A model generated the notes under the pieces. That model saw only the letters and a list, made by a program, of their open reading frames with translations, had not been told where the DNA came from and did no database searches. Shown piece by piece: positions 19,950 to 31,745 of a stretch of DNA of 64,000 nucleotides. Position 1 is the first letter of the stretch, and every line of letters starts with the position of its first letter. A program made the position numbers and the translations under genes. The stretch comes from an uncultured Clostridia bacterium (GTDB lineage: Bacteria > Bacillota > Clostridia > TANB77 > CAG-508): the NCBI GenBank assembly GCA_948891265.1, contig CAQUBD010000007.1, positions 5,043 through 69,042 on the forward strand, given 5' to 3'.

Positions 19950-21239
19950 CTACCTTGCTTTGTTTTTATCTTTTTTATTCTTTTCTTGTTCTTTCTCAAA
20001 TTGTTCTTTTTCCTGTTCTATTTGCTCGTGTAATTGATATTGCTTAATTTTCTCCATCCTTTGCTTTATATTATTGCAATGCTTAATTTCTTCTGTAATA
20101 GGAGTAATTCGTTTTGAAATTTCTATAATTTCATTTTCCATTACTTGCTTTTCTTCATCTGTTTTTGCTCTTTTATGCTTTTTCCAAAGATTTTCGCGTT
20201 GGCTCTTTAATGGATTTACTCTTTCATAAGCAGATTTTTCAAAATCTAATAATTCTTGCTCTGTTTTTATATCATTTTTTGCCAAAAATCTTGCTTGATT
20301 AGAATACTCGTCCATTTTCTTGATTTCTGCTATTAGTTCAGGTGTTATTCTTGTCATATTCGATTTTAAGGTGCTTTCTGTATTGATACCGAATAATTTC
20401 TCATATTGATATATAAGATAGGCAATAGAGCCTTTATTTTGGTAATGCTTTTCTTTTTGTTTATTATAATTTTCATAAGTTCTAGTAATTAGAATCATAG
20501 AATTAGATGAGTAGGGGAATAGTGTCTGTGTTTCTAGTATTCTCTTGTATATATTTTCTTTTGAGTATTTATTTCCAAACTGTCTTTCAATTCTCGTATT
20601 TCTTTTGTATGGATTACGCCTTATAGATAAAGTGTAGTTCTTGTCTGTAACTATATAATCTAAATCTTGTAGTATTTTTATAAACTCGTTATAATCTTTG
20701 GCATTTTCTATTGCATAGTCAATAGAATCTTTCATCAGTTCCTTATATAAACTGCTTGTAGCATATTTATTATATTTTTCTTCTTGAGATAATACACTTA
20801 ATCCATATTCTTCACAAAGTCTATCTGATGTTTTTCTCATTATTGCATAATCTTTTTTAGTGTTACAAAATTTCTTGCCATCTAAAAAAGAAACAGAGTT
20901 TAGTATGAAGTGATTATGCAAATTATCTGTGTTCAAATGTGTTGTAACTATTACTTGAAATTTATCTCCCCATAATTCTTCAGCTAGTTTCATTCCAATT
21001 TCATGGGCTTGTTCTGGTGTTATTTCTCCTTTTACAAAAGATTGCACTGCATGAAAGCATTGTATGCCATCTGTTTTGAAAAATTGCTTTTTTATATTTA
21101 TCATTTCTTGATATGCTGTATCAGGCATACAATTTATACCTGATACATATAACTTTTCTTCTGTCTTTTCTCCATTTACTGCATAATTTATTGTAACATC
21201 TAATCTGTCTTTTACTTTCCATATTTTTGTTACTGCCAT
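19950..21239 (-). CDS. Relaxase/mobilization nuclease domain protein
   Basis: N-terminus MAVTKIWKVKDRLDVTINYA and the histidine triad HLNTDNLHNHFILNSV are typical of Firmicutes MobA/VirD2-type relaxases. Coiled, Lys/Glu-rich C-terminus. Confidence 0.85.
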   Translation of the reverse strand: MAVTKIWKVKDRLDVTINYAVNGEKTEEKLYVSGINCMPDTAYQEMINIKKQFFKTDGIQCFHAVQSFVKGEITPEQAHEIGMKLAEELWGDKFQVIVTTHLNTDNLHNHFILNSVSFLDGKKFCNTKKDYAIMRKTSDRLCEEYGLSVLSQEEKYNKYATSSLYKELMKDSIDYAIENAKDYNEFIKILQDLDYIVTDKNYTLSIRRNPYKRNTRIERQFGNKYSKENIYKRILETQTLFPYSSNSMILITRTYENYNKQKEKHYQNKGSIAYLIYQYEKLFGINTESTLKSNMTRITPELIAEIKKMDEYSNQARFLAKNDIKTEQELLDFEKSAYERVNPLKSQRENLWKKHKRAKTDEEKQVMENEIIEISKRITPITEEIKHCNNIKQRMEKIKQYQLHEQIEQEKEQFEKEQEKNKKDKNKAR

Positions 21240-21242
21240 AAT

Positions 21243-21599
21243 CTATTGCCACCCACTAACACTTTTATTTTTTGTTGGTATAAGATAAACTTCTTCTAAT
21301 GCTAATATAAAATTTTGTATTTGATTATATAAGGTAGCATATTTATTTTCATTTACATAGCCTTTATACTGATTATATATTCTTGACATTTGATTTAAGT
21401 TTGTTGCCATACCACGAAGTTGTGCAAGTATCTCGTAAAACTTTTCATCTGGCTTTTCTTTTAACTGATAGTCTAAAATTATTTTTCTAAAGAACTCTGA
21501 TTTATTTAATCCAGACTTTTTTACTTTCTCATTTAATATTCTATTTTCTTCTTCGTTTAAGAAAATGTTTATTTTTATATTTCTGTTTCTTATAATTTT
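21243..21599 (-). CDS. mobC: MobC-type relaxosome accessory protein; start codon unresolved
   Basis: Open frame KIIRNRNIKINIFLNEEENRILNEKVKKSGLNKSEFFRKIIL... has an RHH-like MobC pattern and ends 3 nt before the relaxase ATG. The only nearby ATG (21603) is in the -1 register across an A5 run. Confidence 0.6.
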   Translation of the reverse strand, partial: KIIRNRNIKINIFLNEEENRILNEKVKKSGLNKSEFFRKIILDYQLKEKPDEKFYEILAQLRGMATNLNQMSRIYNQYKGYVNENKYATLYNQIQNFILALEEVYLIPTKNKSVSGWQ

Positions 21600-21631
21600 T
21601 CATCTCACTTTCTGTTTTTTTATTAGGGTTT

Positions 21632-21716
21632 GGGACTTGTCCCATTCAATATTGGTATTTGTGGCGTGAGTACAAATACGTTGCTTGCTAAATCAATATT
21701 TTTAGGTTGTACTCAC
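21632..21716. promoter_or_regulatory. Candidate oriT region upstream of mobC
   Basis: Palindrome gggacttgtccc (21632-21643). 10-bp inverted repeat gtgagtacaa (21666-21675) / ttgtactcac (21707-21716). Confidence 0.3.
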
Positions 21717-21777
21717 ATTTCATATTTGTTGATTATTCTTAATTTACTGAAAATCAGTTATAAATTATGATAAATTT

Positions 21778-22155
21778 TTATACATAAATTAGTTCACTAT
21801 ATATAATTTCTTCTGCAATATTCTTAATAGAATTCATTGCTGACACCCAAGCTAATTGATTTTTTTCTTTTAATTCTTCTGTAATATTTTCTTTTTTTAC
21901 TAACTCATTTATCATAAAATCTAATCTATTTTGAGCTGTTTCTTGTATTTCTTTTAAGTGATTATTAAGTGTTCCTTTTGTAAACATTATCATATATTCT
22001 GCTTTTTTATTTGTTTTTAGATAGTTTAATCTTGATCTACCATATTTGTTTAGTGTTATTTTTTCTTTTTCTAATACTAGATTTGGCATATAGTAGTCTC
22101 CTTGTTTTGTATATTCAATTCCATATTTAATTTCTTTTATTTCTTTATTTTCCAC
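21778..22155 (-). CDS. tnpV: TnpV-family protein
   Basis: 125 aa. GDYYMPNL, YGRSRLNYLKTNKKAEY, LKEIQETAQNRLDFMINEL and NQLAWVSAMNSIKNIAEEII match my recollection of Tn4451-type TnpV. Confidence 0.7.
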   Translation of the reverse strand: MENKEIKEIKYGIEYTKQGDYYMPNLVLEKEKITLNKYGRSRLNYLKTNKKAEYMIMFTKGTLNNHLKEIQETAQNRLDFMINELVKKENITEELKEKNQLAWVSAMNSIKNIAEEIIYSELIYV

Positions 22156-22182
22156 TTGTTTTTACCTCCAACATTTTATTTT

Positions 22183-24013
<1,831 letters not shown>

Positions 24014-24204
24014 TCTATAAATATTCCTCCTTCCAAATTATGAATAGAAAGGCAACTAAAAAAGTGCCACATAGCATAGGTTATAGCTATTGACACTTTA
24101 GAGTTTTATATTATTATTAACTATCTCTATAATTTTCTTAAAAAACACAAATAAACCAATATAGTATAATTTTTTAAAACTCTAAAATGTTTTGTCGTTT
24201 TCTC

Positions 24205-24514
<310 letters not shown>

Positions 24515-24630
24515 TCAAAAAAAGTCCAACCCATAAGAGTTGGAATAAGATTTTTGTGTTCATCTAATTTTTCATAGTCTTAAAATCAAGTTTTATCAAG
24601 ACTTTCAAAAAGTTCGACGAAAATTGTCTG

Positions 24631-24717
24631 TGGTGCCGGTGGTGGGACTCGAACCCACACGCCATTTCTGACAACAGATTTTGAGTCTGCCCCGTCTACC
24701 AATTCCAGCACACCGGC
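24631..24717 (-). tRNA. tRNA-Leu (anticodon CAA)
   Basis: Minus strand reads GCCGGTG...CTCAAAA anticodon loop...long variable arm...GGTTCGAGTCCCACCACCGGCACCA. 7-bp acceptor stem, T-loop and encoded CCA. Confidence 0.9.
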
Positions 24718-24830
24718 ATATAAAACTAAATAACAATATATTACTTTGCTATTTAGTTCCATATTATATTAGCATACTTATTCAAAAATGTCTAGTAAAT
24801 TTCAAATTTTGTCTAGAAATATTGATTTTA

Positions 24831-27578
24831 TTATATATTATCATTCCTTATTGTCTCAATAATATTTTGTTTATTAATTTTAGACATAGAATACTTCATA
24901 ATAATACCAATCACAATAGCAACAAATATAACAGAAATCACAATTGATTTAACAGGCAACATATAAGTCATACCCATGTCAATTTCAAAAGCTTTATATA
25001 TCAAATATGATAATCCTACTCCTATTGGAATACCAATAATTAGTGACTTTAACCCATAGAAAATACTTTCTAACCTAATCATTCTATTAAACTCTTTTTT
25101 TGTCATACCAATTGACTTAAGCATTGCAAATTCTTTTCTTCTTAAATTCATATTTGTAGTAATTGTGTTGAAAATATTTGTTATTCCAATTGCTGTTATT
25201 ACTGTAATAAATCCATATAAGAAAATTGAAATTACTAAAACTATAGCATTATTTTGTTTTACAGATTCTTCATAATTTAATATACTTATATCTTCTTCAC
25301 TCATATTTATACTTTTGTAAAATTCTTTTATCTCATCTTCAACTTTAAAACTATCTTTTGTATTTATTTGTATAACATTCAAATTTGAATATCCTATTTT
25401 TTCGATATATTCATCACTTACAAGTAAAAATCCTCTATTACTATACATATTTTCAAATCCCATTGGTCTTTCAGACGTTCTAGCTATCACTTTTATATCT
25501 AAAGGTCTTGAAGTTATATTTGATTTATCTAGTGCTACATCACTTAAAACTGTTATTTTTCCAGTTACAACATCTCCTTTTTGCCATTTATATAAGTTTC
25601 CTTGTATTTTATTTCCTTCTTCATCATGATCTATGCAACTATCAAGTAATATTGCTCCATCTTTGTAATCTTCATATTTTCCACCTATATTTTTAATAAG
25701 CTTATTATATTCTTCTTTTCCTAGAGCCATAATTGTAAGTATATCATTTTTTTCTATTTCGTTTCCATATTCATCATAATTTTTATATCTTTCATCAACA
25801 TCTTTCCCAAATTCTGAAAAATGCTCTTTTCCTTCAATTTCAATTATATTTAATCTTTGTATAGTAAATTCGTCTATTCCTTCTAATTTTGAAACTTCTA
25901 AAAATCTTTCATATTTCTTTTGTAGGTTTTGTTTTGTTATCTCTTCATCTGATCTCTCATATAGTGATATATTATATCCTATTTCTGTATAATATGACTC
26001 TGATGTTTTAAATCCAAACTCTATAAAGCTTGATATCGCTATAAAAGTCACAACACTTACTACTATTGATATTACTGTTGTTCTATATTTCTTTTTACTT
26101 CTTTTTAAGTTTTTATATGCTATTTCTCCACCTGTTTTAAATATCATTTTTATAATTTTAGGACATTTTACTTTCTTAGCTTTTAATTTTATATCATCTG
26201 AATTCCTTATTGCTTCTATTGGTGTTACTTTTGAGGCTTTTCTTGCAGAGCTTTTACATGATAACCATATTGTAATCACTGATATAATAATGCTTAAAAG
26301 TATTGCACCCCAAGAAATACTATAAACTAAATCAATTGTTTCTATATATTTGTTTATTATGTTATTTACTATTTTTAATACAATGTCAATTGCAAATACT
26401 CCACTTAATATTCCTAAAGGAATTCCTATACATCCTAATATAAGACCTTCAAAATACACACTTTTCTTTATTTGTTTTTTTGTAGCTCCTATACTTGAAA
26501 GCATTCCATATTGTTTTAATCTTTCTGTTATTGATATCGCAAAACCATTTCTTATTACAAATACACTTGATACTAAAACTATTGCCATTATAATTCCGCC
26601 TACAGTATATAGAAATTGTAATGTATTATCACTTAAATTTGCACCCTTATAAGACAATAAATCGTAATTTAATGTGAAATCATATTTATAACTTGTATAT
26701 GCTGCATTTCTTAAACCTCTAAAAGTTGTAGCATTTTCTTTTTCTTCACTTGTTTGTGCTTTTACCATTTCATTTATTTGTTCGGTATATTCTTGATATT
26801 TGAATAAGTTTTTGTATAATACTGATATATTGGCATTGCTTTTGACATTTTCTAATTTAGTTATAACTGTATATCCTGGTGCAGAATAATCTTCCATAAA
26901 TGGTCTTTGTATTATTCCTACAATTTTATATTCTTTTTTTGTAGTATTCACAATTTCTTCTTCAAACTCATCTTTAGGTTGCTTATTTTTCGTTATTTCA
27001 ACTGTTTCATTTTCTGTTATGTGAAGAGTTGTTTCTGAATTTTCTGTTCCAGTTAAATATGGATTGTTTTGTGTTAGTTTTTCTCCTGTTGTAAGCTGCC
27101 TTGTTCCTACATCTAATGTGATTGTATCTCCTACTTTTAGATTTACTTTTCCATTTGCTATAATATGATTTGAAATTACTAATTCCTTTTCATTTTCAGG
27201 CATTCTTCCTTCTGTTATTGATAATCCCATATTTGCTAAATATTTGTTATCCATTGCAAGTACATTCACATATGGCTTGTATTTGTTTTTGCTTCCTTCC
27301 AAATATGAGTATCCTAACTCTTCTGATAAGTAATAATCTTCTACATTTCTATTTTCTTCTATGTATTTTAGCTCTTCTTTTGGGATTTCATAAAATGTTG
27401 CATGATAGTTCCCTTCTCTTTCTTTTACCATTTCAATTAAAGTATTTTGAAAACTTGTGATAATTCCTGCAACTCCACATATTAATGCTGTTGAAAGAAT
27501 TATTCCTATAATTATAACTAATGAACGTTTTTTGTTTAGTTTCAAATCTTTAATACTTAAATTATTTAATATTTTCAT
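24831..27578 (-). CDS. ABC transporter permease, FtsX/MacB-type with two permease halves
   Basis: About 915 aa with N-terminal TM, large extracytoplasmic regions and two 4-TM FtsX-like blocks. Start placed at MKILNNLSIKDLK (AAAGGAGGG RBS). The track start at 27623 lies inside the intergenic repeat. Confidence 0.85.
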   Translation of the reverse strand: MKILNNLSIKDLKLNKKRSLVIIIGIILSTALICGVAGIITSFQNTLIEMVKEREGNYHATFYEIPKEELKYIEENRNVEDYYLSEELGYSYLEGSKNKYKPYVNVLAMDNKYLANMGLSITEGRMPENEKELVISNHIIANGKVNLKVGDTITLDVGTRQLTTGEKLTQNNPYLTGTENSETTLHITENETVEITKNKQPKDEFEEEIVNTTKKEYKIVGIIQRPFMEDYSAPGYTVITKLENVKSNANISVLYKNLFKYQEYTEQINEMVKAQTSEEKENATTFRGLRNAAYTSYKYDFTLNYDLLSYKGANLSDNTLQFLYTVGGIIMAIVLVSSVFVIRNGFAISITERLKQYGMLSSIGATKKQIKKSVYFEGLILGCIGIPLGILSGVFAIDIVLKIVNNIINKYIETIDLVYSISWGAILLSIIISVITIWLSCKSSARKASKVTPIEAIRNSDDIKLKAKKVKCPKIIKMIFKTGGEIAYKNLKRSKKKYRTTVISIVVSVVTFIAISSFIEFGFKTSESYYTEIGYNISLYERSDEEITKQNLQKKYERFLEVSKLEGIDEFTIQRLNIIEIEGKEHFSEFGKDVDERYKNYDEYGNEIEKNDILTIMALGKEEYNKLIKNIGGKYEDYKDGAILLDSCIDHDEEGNKIQGNLYKWQKGDVVTGKITVLSDVALDKSNITSRPLDIKVIARTSERPMGFENMYSNRGFLLVSDEYIEKIGYSNLNVIQINTKDSFKVEDEIKEFYKSINMSEEDISILNYEESVKQNNAIVLVISIFLYGFITVITAIGITNIFNTITTNMNLRRKEFAMLKSIGMTKKEFNRMIRLESIFYGLKSLIIGIPIGVGLSYLIYKAFEIDMGMTYMLPVKSIVISVIFVAIVIGIIMKYSMSKINKQNIIETIRNDNI

Positions 27579-27590
27579 AGTTCCCTCCTT

Positions 27591-27648
27591 TTGTCCTTTT
27601 GGGGACGTTTCCTTTTGGGACAAAAATGTCCTTTTGGGGACACATCTT
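27591..27648. repeat. Mosaic intergenic repeat, locus 2
   Basis: ttgtccttttggggacgtttccttttgggacaaaaatgtccttttggggacacatctt fills the gap between the ATPase stop (27650) and the permease RBS. Confidence 0.8.
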
Positions 27649-27649
27649 G

Positions 27650-28330
27650 TTATTTATTTTTTTCATCTTTTATAATTTTTCCATCGTCTATAGTGATGAT
27701 TCTATCAGCTTCTAATGCTATTTTTTCATCATGAGTTATAATAATAACAGTTTGATTATACTTTTTATTAGAAAGTTTTAATAATGACACTATTTCTTCA
27801 CTTGCTTTAGAATCCAAGTTACCTGTTGGTTCATCTGCAAGCATTATTGCTGGTTCATTCATCATTGCTCTTCCTATTGATACTCTTTGTTGTTGTCCTC
27901 CTGATAATTGATTAGGCAAATTATTTTTTCTGTTTTCTAGTCCTAATGTTTGTAATAAATCATTTAATCTTTTTTCATTTATCTCTTTTCTATCTAAACT
28001 ACATGGTAATGTTATATTTTCTACTACATTTAGAACTGGTATTAAATTATAAAATTGATATATTAATCCTACTTGCCTTCTTCTAAATATTGCTAGATTA
28101 TCATCACTTAGTGTGTATATGTCTTTTCCTTCTATAAATACTTTTCCTGATGTTGGTCTGTCTACTCCACCTAACATGTGTAATAGTGTTGATTTTCCAC
28201 TTCCACTTGCTCCTATTATTGCAACAAATTCTCCTTTTTCTATTGAGAATGATATGTTGTCTACTGCTTTTACTTTGTTTGCTCCTTTTCCATATGTTTT
28301 GCTTAAATTCTCTACTCTTAAAATTTCCAT
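27650..28330 (-). CDS. ABC transporter ATP-binding protein (MacB/LolD-like)
   Basis: Walker A GASGSGKST, signature LSGGQQQRV, Walker B MLADEPTGNLD. Confidence 0.9.
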   Translation of the reverse strand: MEILRVENLSKTYGKGANKVKAVDNISFSIEKGEFVAIIGASGSGKSTLLHMLGGVDRPTSGKVFIEGKDIYTLSDDNLAIFRRRQVGLIYQFYNLIPVLNVVENITLPCSLDRKEINEKRLNDLLQTLGLENRKNNLPNQLSGGQQQRVSIGRAMMNEPAIMLADEPTGNLDSKASEEIVSLLKLSNKKYNQTVIIITHDEKIALEADRIITIDDGKIIKDEKNK

Positions 28331-28343
28331 TTTTTCTCCTTTC

Positions 28344-28536
28344 TCTTCGCTTCGCTTCGTTCATCGTCATCCAAAATTTTTTTCAAAAATTTTGTCTGCC
28401 AAATCTTGCCTTTGAAGCGTTTTCGCTTCGCTTCGTTCATCGTCATCCAAAATTTTTTTCAAAATCTTGTCTGTTAACTTTTGCCCAAAAGGGACGGTTC
28501 TTTTTGGACAAAATGTCCATTTTGGACACATCTTAA
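28344..28536. repeat. Mosaic intergenic repeat, locus 3 (two TCGCTTCGCTTCGTTCATCGTCATCC units plus a GTCC/GGAC module)
   Basis: Units at 28347-28372 and 28423-28448, each followed by aaaatttttttcaaaa. Then cccaaaagggacggttctttttggacaaaatgtccattttggacacatcttaa (28483-28536). Confidence 0.85.
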
Positions 28537-28710
28537 ATTTTTCTATATCTAAGTATAATTTGTTAATGTGACTTTTAAGTGACTTCAGAAATATTACAAG
28601 AATATTACATTTTTTTTAAAAAACTATTAAAATTATGAAAACTATTGAATAAGCTGTTAAATTAATATAAGATATAATAAATAACACTATTTTTAGGAGG
28701 TCTCTTTATA

Positions 28711-29916
28711 GTGAAACAAAATAAATCTTACAAATTACCAAAATATGAAGATATATTTGCCAAATTTAAAAATAATTTAAATGAATATTTACAAGTACGC
28801 AATGGTAGAGATATTAAAAGTTTCAATTTTAGTCAAAAAGGTATAAATGATGATGGATTTGAAAACAGACTAATTGAAACTGGTTTAAGACCATCTGAAT
28901 TATTATTAGAAATTAAAGATTCTTATCTTCGTCGTGATTACTTAGAAGGCGAAATTGGAACTATTGATGGAGATGAACAATATGATGGAATATTTAATAT
29001 TGCTTTATCTATGCTTATCTCAAATAGATTAGCTAAACATTATATACATGAACTTGAGAAAAAAAATAATCAAGATATTAAAACTAAAGAATTATATGAT
29101 AATAAGATTAAAAAATTTATGTCCGAAAAAAAAGAAGCTTTAGTAGAATTAATCTCTAGTTTATATATTTATACAGAAACAGAAAATGACAATGATTTCT
29201 TTTATGGGCATAGATTAGATAATAATGGAGAAGACACCTTTGTGATAGATTTACCTGCATATGGCCAGATTTCAGTTCATTTTGGTTCTGAAAGTAATTT
29301 AGAACGTGTTGAATATTTGGCAAAACAAAATGCAGATCTTATACTAAAAAGGAAATTAAAGTTAAATCAGATAAATAAAAATGAATATGATCAAATTAAA
29401 CATAAATCAAATAATTATGGAATTCTCCCTGAATATACTGGAAAATTGTATGAACATAGCTCAGCAATCCCTCTTGATTATCAAGGCAAAAATTTTATGA
29501 GGGCACAAAAAGATTTGTACTTATCAAAAAAGATTATAACTGATTATAATAAGGCAGATATTGAGAGAATAAGCCATAATAGAAAATATAATAGTAGAGA
29601 ACTATATTACTGGGCAATAAGAAGTGATTTTTCTAAAGAACAATTACAACAATTGTCAGAATTTTTGCAGGAAAGAGATACTAAAAACATTTATAATAGT
29701 TCTTCCAAAAAAACATCCAATCATCAAGAAGACTTAATTGCATCAGATGAATCAATTGCTAAATTAATTAATGCAAAATCAATGGGAAGAAAAGCTGTTT
29801 CTTTAACAACTGCTGAAGAAAGAAAAGCAGTTTCAAAACATGAAAATTCAAAAAGACTTTATGTTCTAGATAGAAGAAAGGATATAGAAAAGGATAATGG
29901 TCAAAATATACACTAA
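28711..29916 (+). CDS. Hypothetical protein (401 aa)
   Basis: GTG start 10 nt after AGGAGG. Long ORF with coding-like composition. No family recognised. Confidence 0.5.
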   Translation: MKQNKSYKLPKYEDIFAKFKNNLNEYLQVRNGRDIKSFNFSQKGINDDGFENRLIETGLRPSELLLEIKDSYLRRDYLEGEIGTIDGDEQYDGIFNIALSMLISNRLAKHYIHELEKKNNQDIKTKELYDNKIKKFMSEKKEALVELISSLYIYTETENDNDFFYGHRLDNNGEDTFVIDLPAYGQISVHFGSESNLERVEYLAKQNADLILKRKLKLNQINKNEYDQIKHKSNNYGILPEYTGKLYEHSSAIPLDYQGKNFMRAQKDLYLSKKIITDYNKADIERISHNRKYNSRELYYWAIRSDFSKEQLQQLSEFLQERDTKNIYNSSSKKTSNHQEDLIASDESIAKLINAKSMGRKAVSLTTAEERKAVSKHENSKRLYVLDRRKDIEKDNGQNIH

Positions 29917-30367
29917 TGAAGAATATACAAAATCATATACAGAATTAATTGAAATTTTAAAGTATTTTTCAAAATATGATTTAGAAAAAATACCTAAAGA
30001 TATAATTAAAATATATATTAAAGATAGAGATGAAAAATATGAATTCTCTTATGATCCAGAATTAGATATAGATGAGCAAAATGTATCAAAATTAACTAAA
30101 ATACTTCTTGCAAATTTATATATTGAATATTTAGCAGATGAAAATGAGAAATTATATATAAAAAATAAAGATTTATTGCAATTAAAAGAAATAGAAAAAC
30201 AAGAACAAGAAAAATATGATATTGAAAATATATTTAATAACAAAAATAAAAAACATTCTATTGATACTGAAGTTTCTAATAATACTAGTCTAATAATTGT
30301 TTCTAATAAAACAAACATCATTAAAAGAGTTTTTGAAAAAATAAAAAGGTTCTTTATGTCAAAATAG
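29897..30367 (+). CDS. Hypothetical protein (156 aa)
   Basis: Overlaps the preceding ORF by 20 nt, suggesting translational coupling. No family recognised. Confidence 0.45.
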   Translation: MVKIYTNEEYTKSYTELIEILKYFSKYDLEKIPKDIIKIYIKDRDEKYEFSYDPELDIDEQNVSKLTKILLANLYIEYLADENEKLYIKNKDLLQLKEIEKQEQEKYDIENIFNNKNKKHSIDTEVSNNTSLIIVSNKTNIIKRVFEKIKRFFMSK

Positions 30368-30440
30368 AATTATTTCAACATCATATATTCAGTATAAATA
30401 CTATCTCAAAATAAAGCACATATATATCACGAAATTTTAG

Positions 30441-31691
30441 CTATATATGTGCTTTTCCTTTCATATATTTAATTACAAACTCTGTTCCCTGTCCCACTTC
30501 TGATGTACAACTAATCATTCCATTATTTTTTTCAATTATAGACTTAGCCAAAGCAAGCCCAATTCCAACACTATTTTCAGAAGAATTTTTACATTTATAA
30601 AATCTCTCAAAAATATGTCTTAAATCTTCTTTACAAATGCCTTCCCCCTCATCTCTTATAGAAACCTTTGTAAACAAGCTATTCTCTTCATATTTTATAA
30701 AAATATTTCCACCATCTCTATTATGTTCAATACAATTTTTAATTATATTTGTAACCGCTTCTTGTTGCCACTTATAATCACCTTTAAATAATACACTATC
30801 ATTTCCATCAACAATTATATTTTGATTTCTAATTTCTATTGGTATCTCCAAATTTTGAATAATCTCATTAATAAACTCTTTTACATTAATTTTTTCAAAA
30901 CAAAAATCAACCACATCAGCATCTAACTTTGACAGCTTAAGCATTGAAATTACAAGCCAATTTATCCACTCAATTTGTCTATTAATTTCAAATATGAATT
31001 TTTTCCTAGTAGTATCATCCATATTTGGATTTTCCTTTATATTATCAAGCATAATTGATACTGATGTTAATGGTGTTTTTAATTGATGTGATATATCTTG
31101 CACTGATACTTTCAAGCTTTCTTTATCCCTTTGTGAATTTTCACTCTCTTCTTTTAGCATTACAGTGATTTTATATAATTCATTTTTCAAATTACTTAAT
31201 TCATCTTCACTATTTTCTTGAATATCTAATTGATAATTTTTATTTCTTATTTCATTTATATATTTCCTGATTTCTCTTAATTTTCTATCTCTTGTATATA
31301 AATAAATCAATATTGTAAAAATCCATAAAAAGCTAAATAAAATTATTATAATCACATTGTTTCTTAAATTTTGTTTCATTTGATTTTGAATTAGCATGAT
31401 ACTATTTATATTTTCTTCATATATACCATATTTTTTAAGTTCTTCTTTGCCTGTTACAAACTCTTTACTCTCAACATCTAAATTTAATATATCTATAATT
31501 TCTTTTGTGTTTATTTCTGGATAGTTTTCTTTTATTTTTCCTATTATATTTGCTATTGTGATATTCACTTCTTTGTTTAGCTTTTTATATTGATTATTGG
31601 TTATATAGCATATTATAGCACTTGTACTTATTGTTATAATAATCATAGGAATAATCAAAAGCTTTAAATTAGTATTCTTAAATCTATTCAT
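30441..31691 (-). CDS. Sensor histidine kinase
   Basis: Two TM segments, H-box DISHQLKTPLTS, N-box NIIKNCIEHN, G-boxes DEGEGI and GIGLALAK. Confidence 0.85.
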   Translation of the reverse strand: MNRFKNTNLKLLIIPMIIITISTSAIICYITNNQYKKLNKEVNITIANIIGKIKENYPEINTKEIIDILNLDVESKEFVTGKEELKKYGIYEENINSIMLIQNQMKQNLRNNVIIIILFSFLWIFTILIYLYTRDRKLREIRKYINEIRNKNYQLDIQENSEDELSNLKNELYKITVMLKEESENSQRDKESLKVSVQDISHQLKTPLTSVSIMLDNIKENPNMDDTTRKKFIFEINRQIEWINWLVISMLKLSKLDADVVDFCFEKINVKEFINEIIQNLEIPIEIRNQNIIVDGNDSVLFKGDYKWQQEAVTNIIKNCIEHNRDGGNIFIKYEENSLFTKVSIRDEGEGICKEDLRHIFERFYKCKNSSENSVGIGLALAKSIIEKNNGMISCTSEVGQGTEFVIKYMKGKAHI

Positions 31692-31745
31692 TTTATATAG
31701 CTCCTTTAACTAATTAAAAAAAGAATAGTTATATTATTTTTTTAA

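Noticed and set aside
27579-27623. N-terminal extensions in the ORF track (permease to 27623, UPF0182 to 43171, YtvI-like to 45707, MobV to 53759, 3228-4193, 13083-13964)
   Set aside because: The extensions run through repeats or UTRs and lack RBSs. Internal ATGs with good Shine-Dalgarno spacing are preferred.
28104-28370. ORFs starting MTMNEAKR (28104-28370 and 61433-61669), suggesting a repeat-encoded leader peptide
   Set aside because: The shared sequence is conserved at the nucleotide level as part of the intergenic repeat. Downstream reading differs between loci and runs out of frame into the ABC ATPase gene, clpX or clpP. A coding role is unsupported, though a short uORF cannot be excluded.
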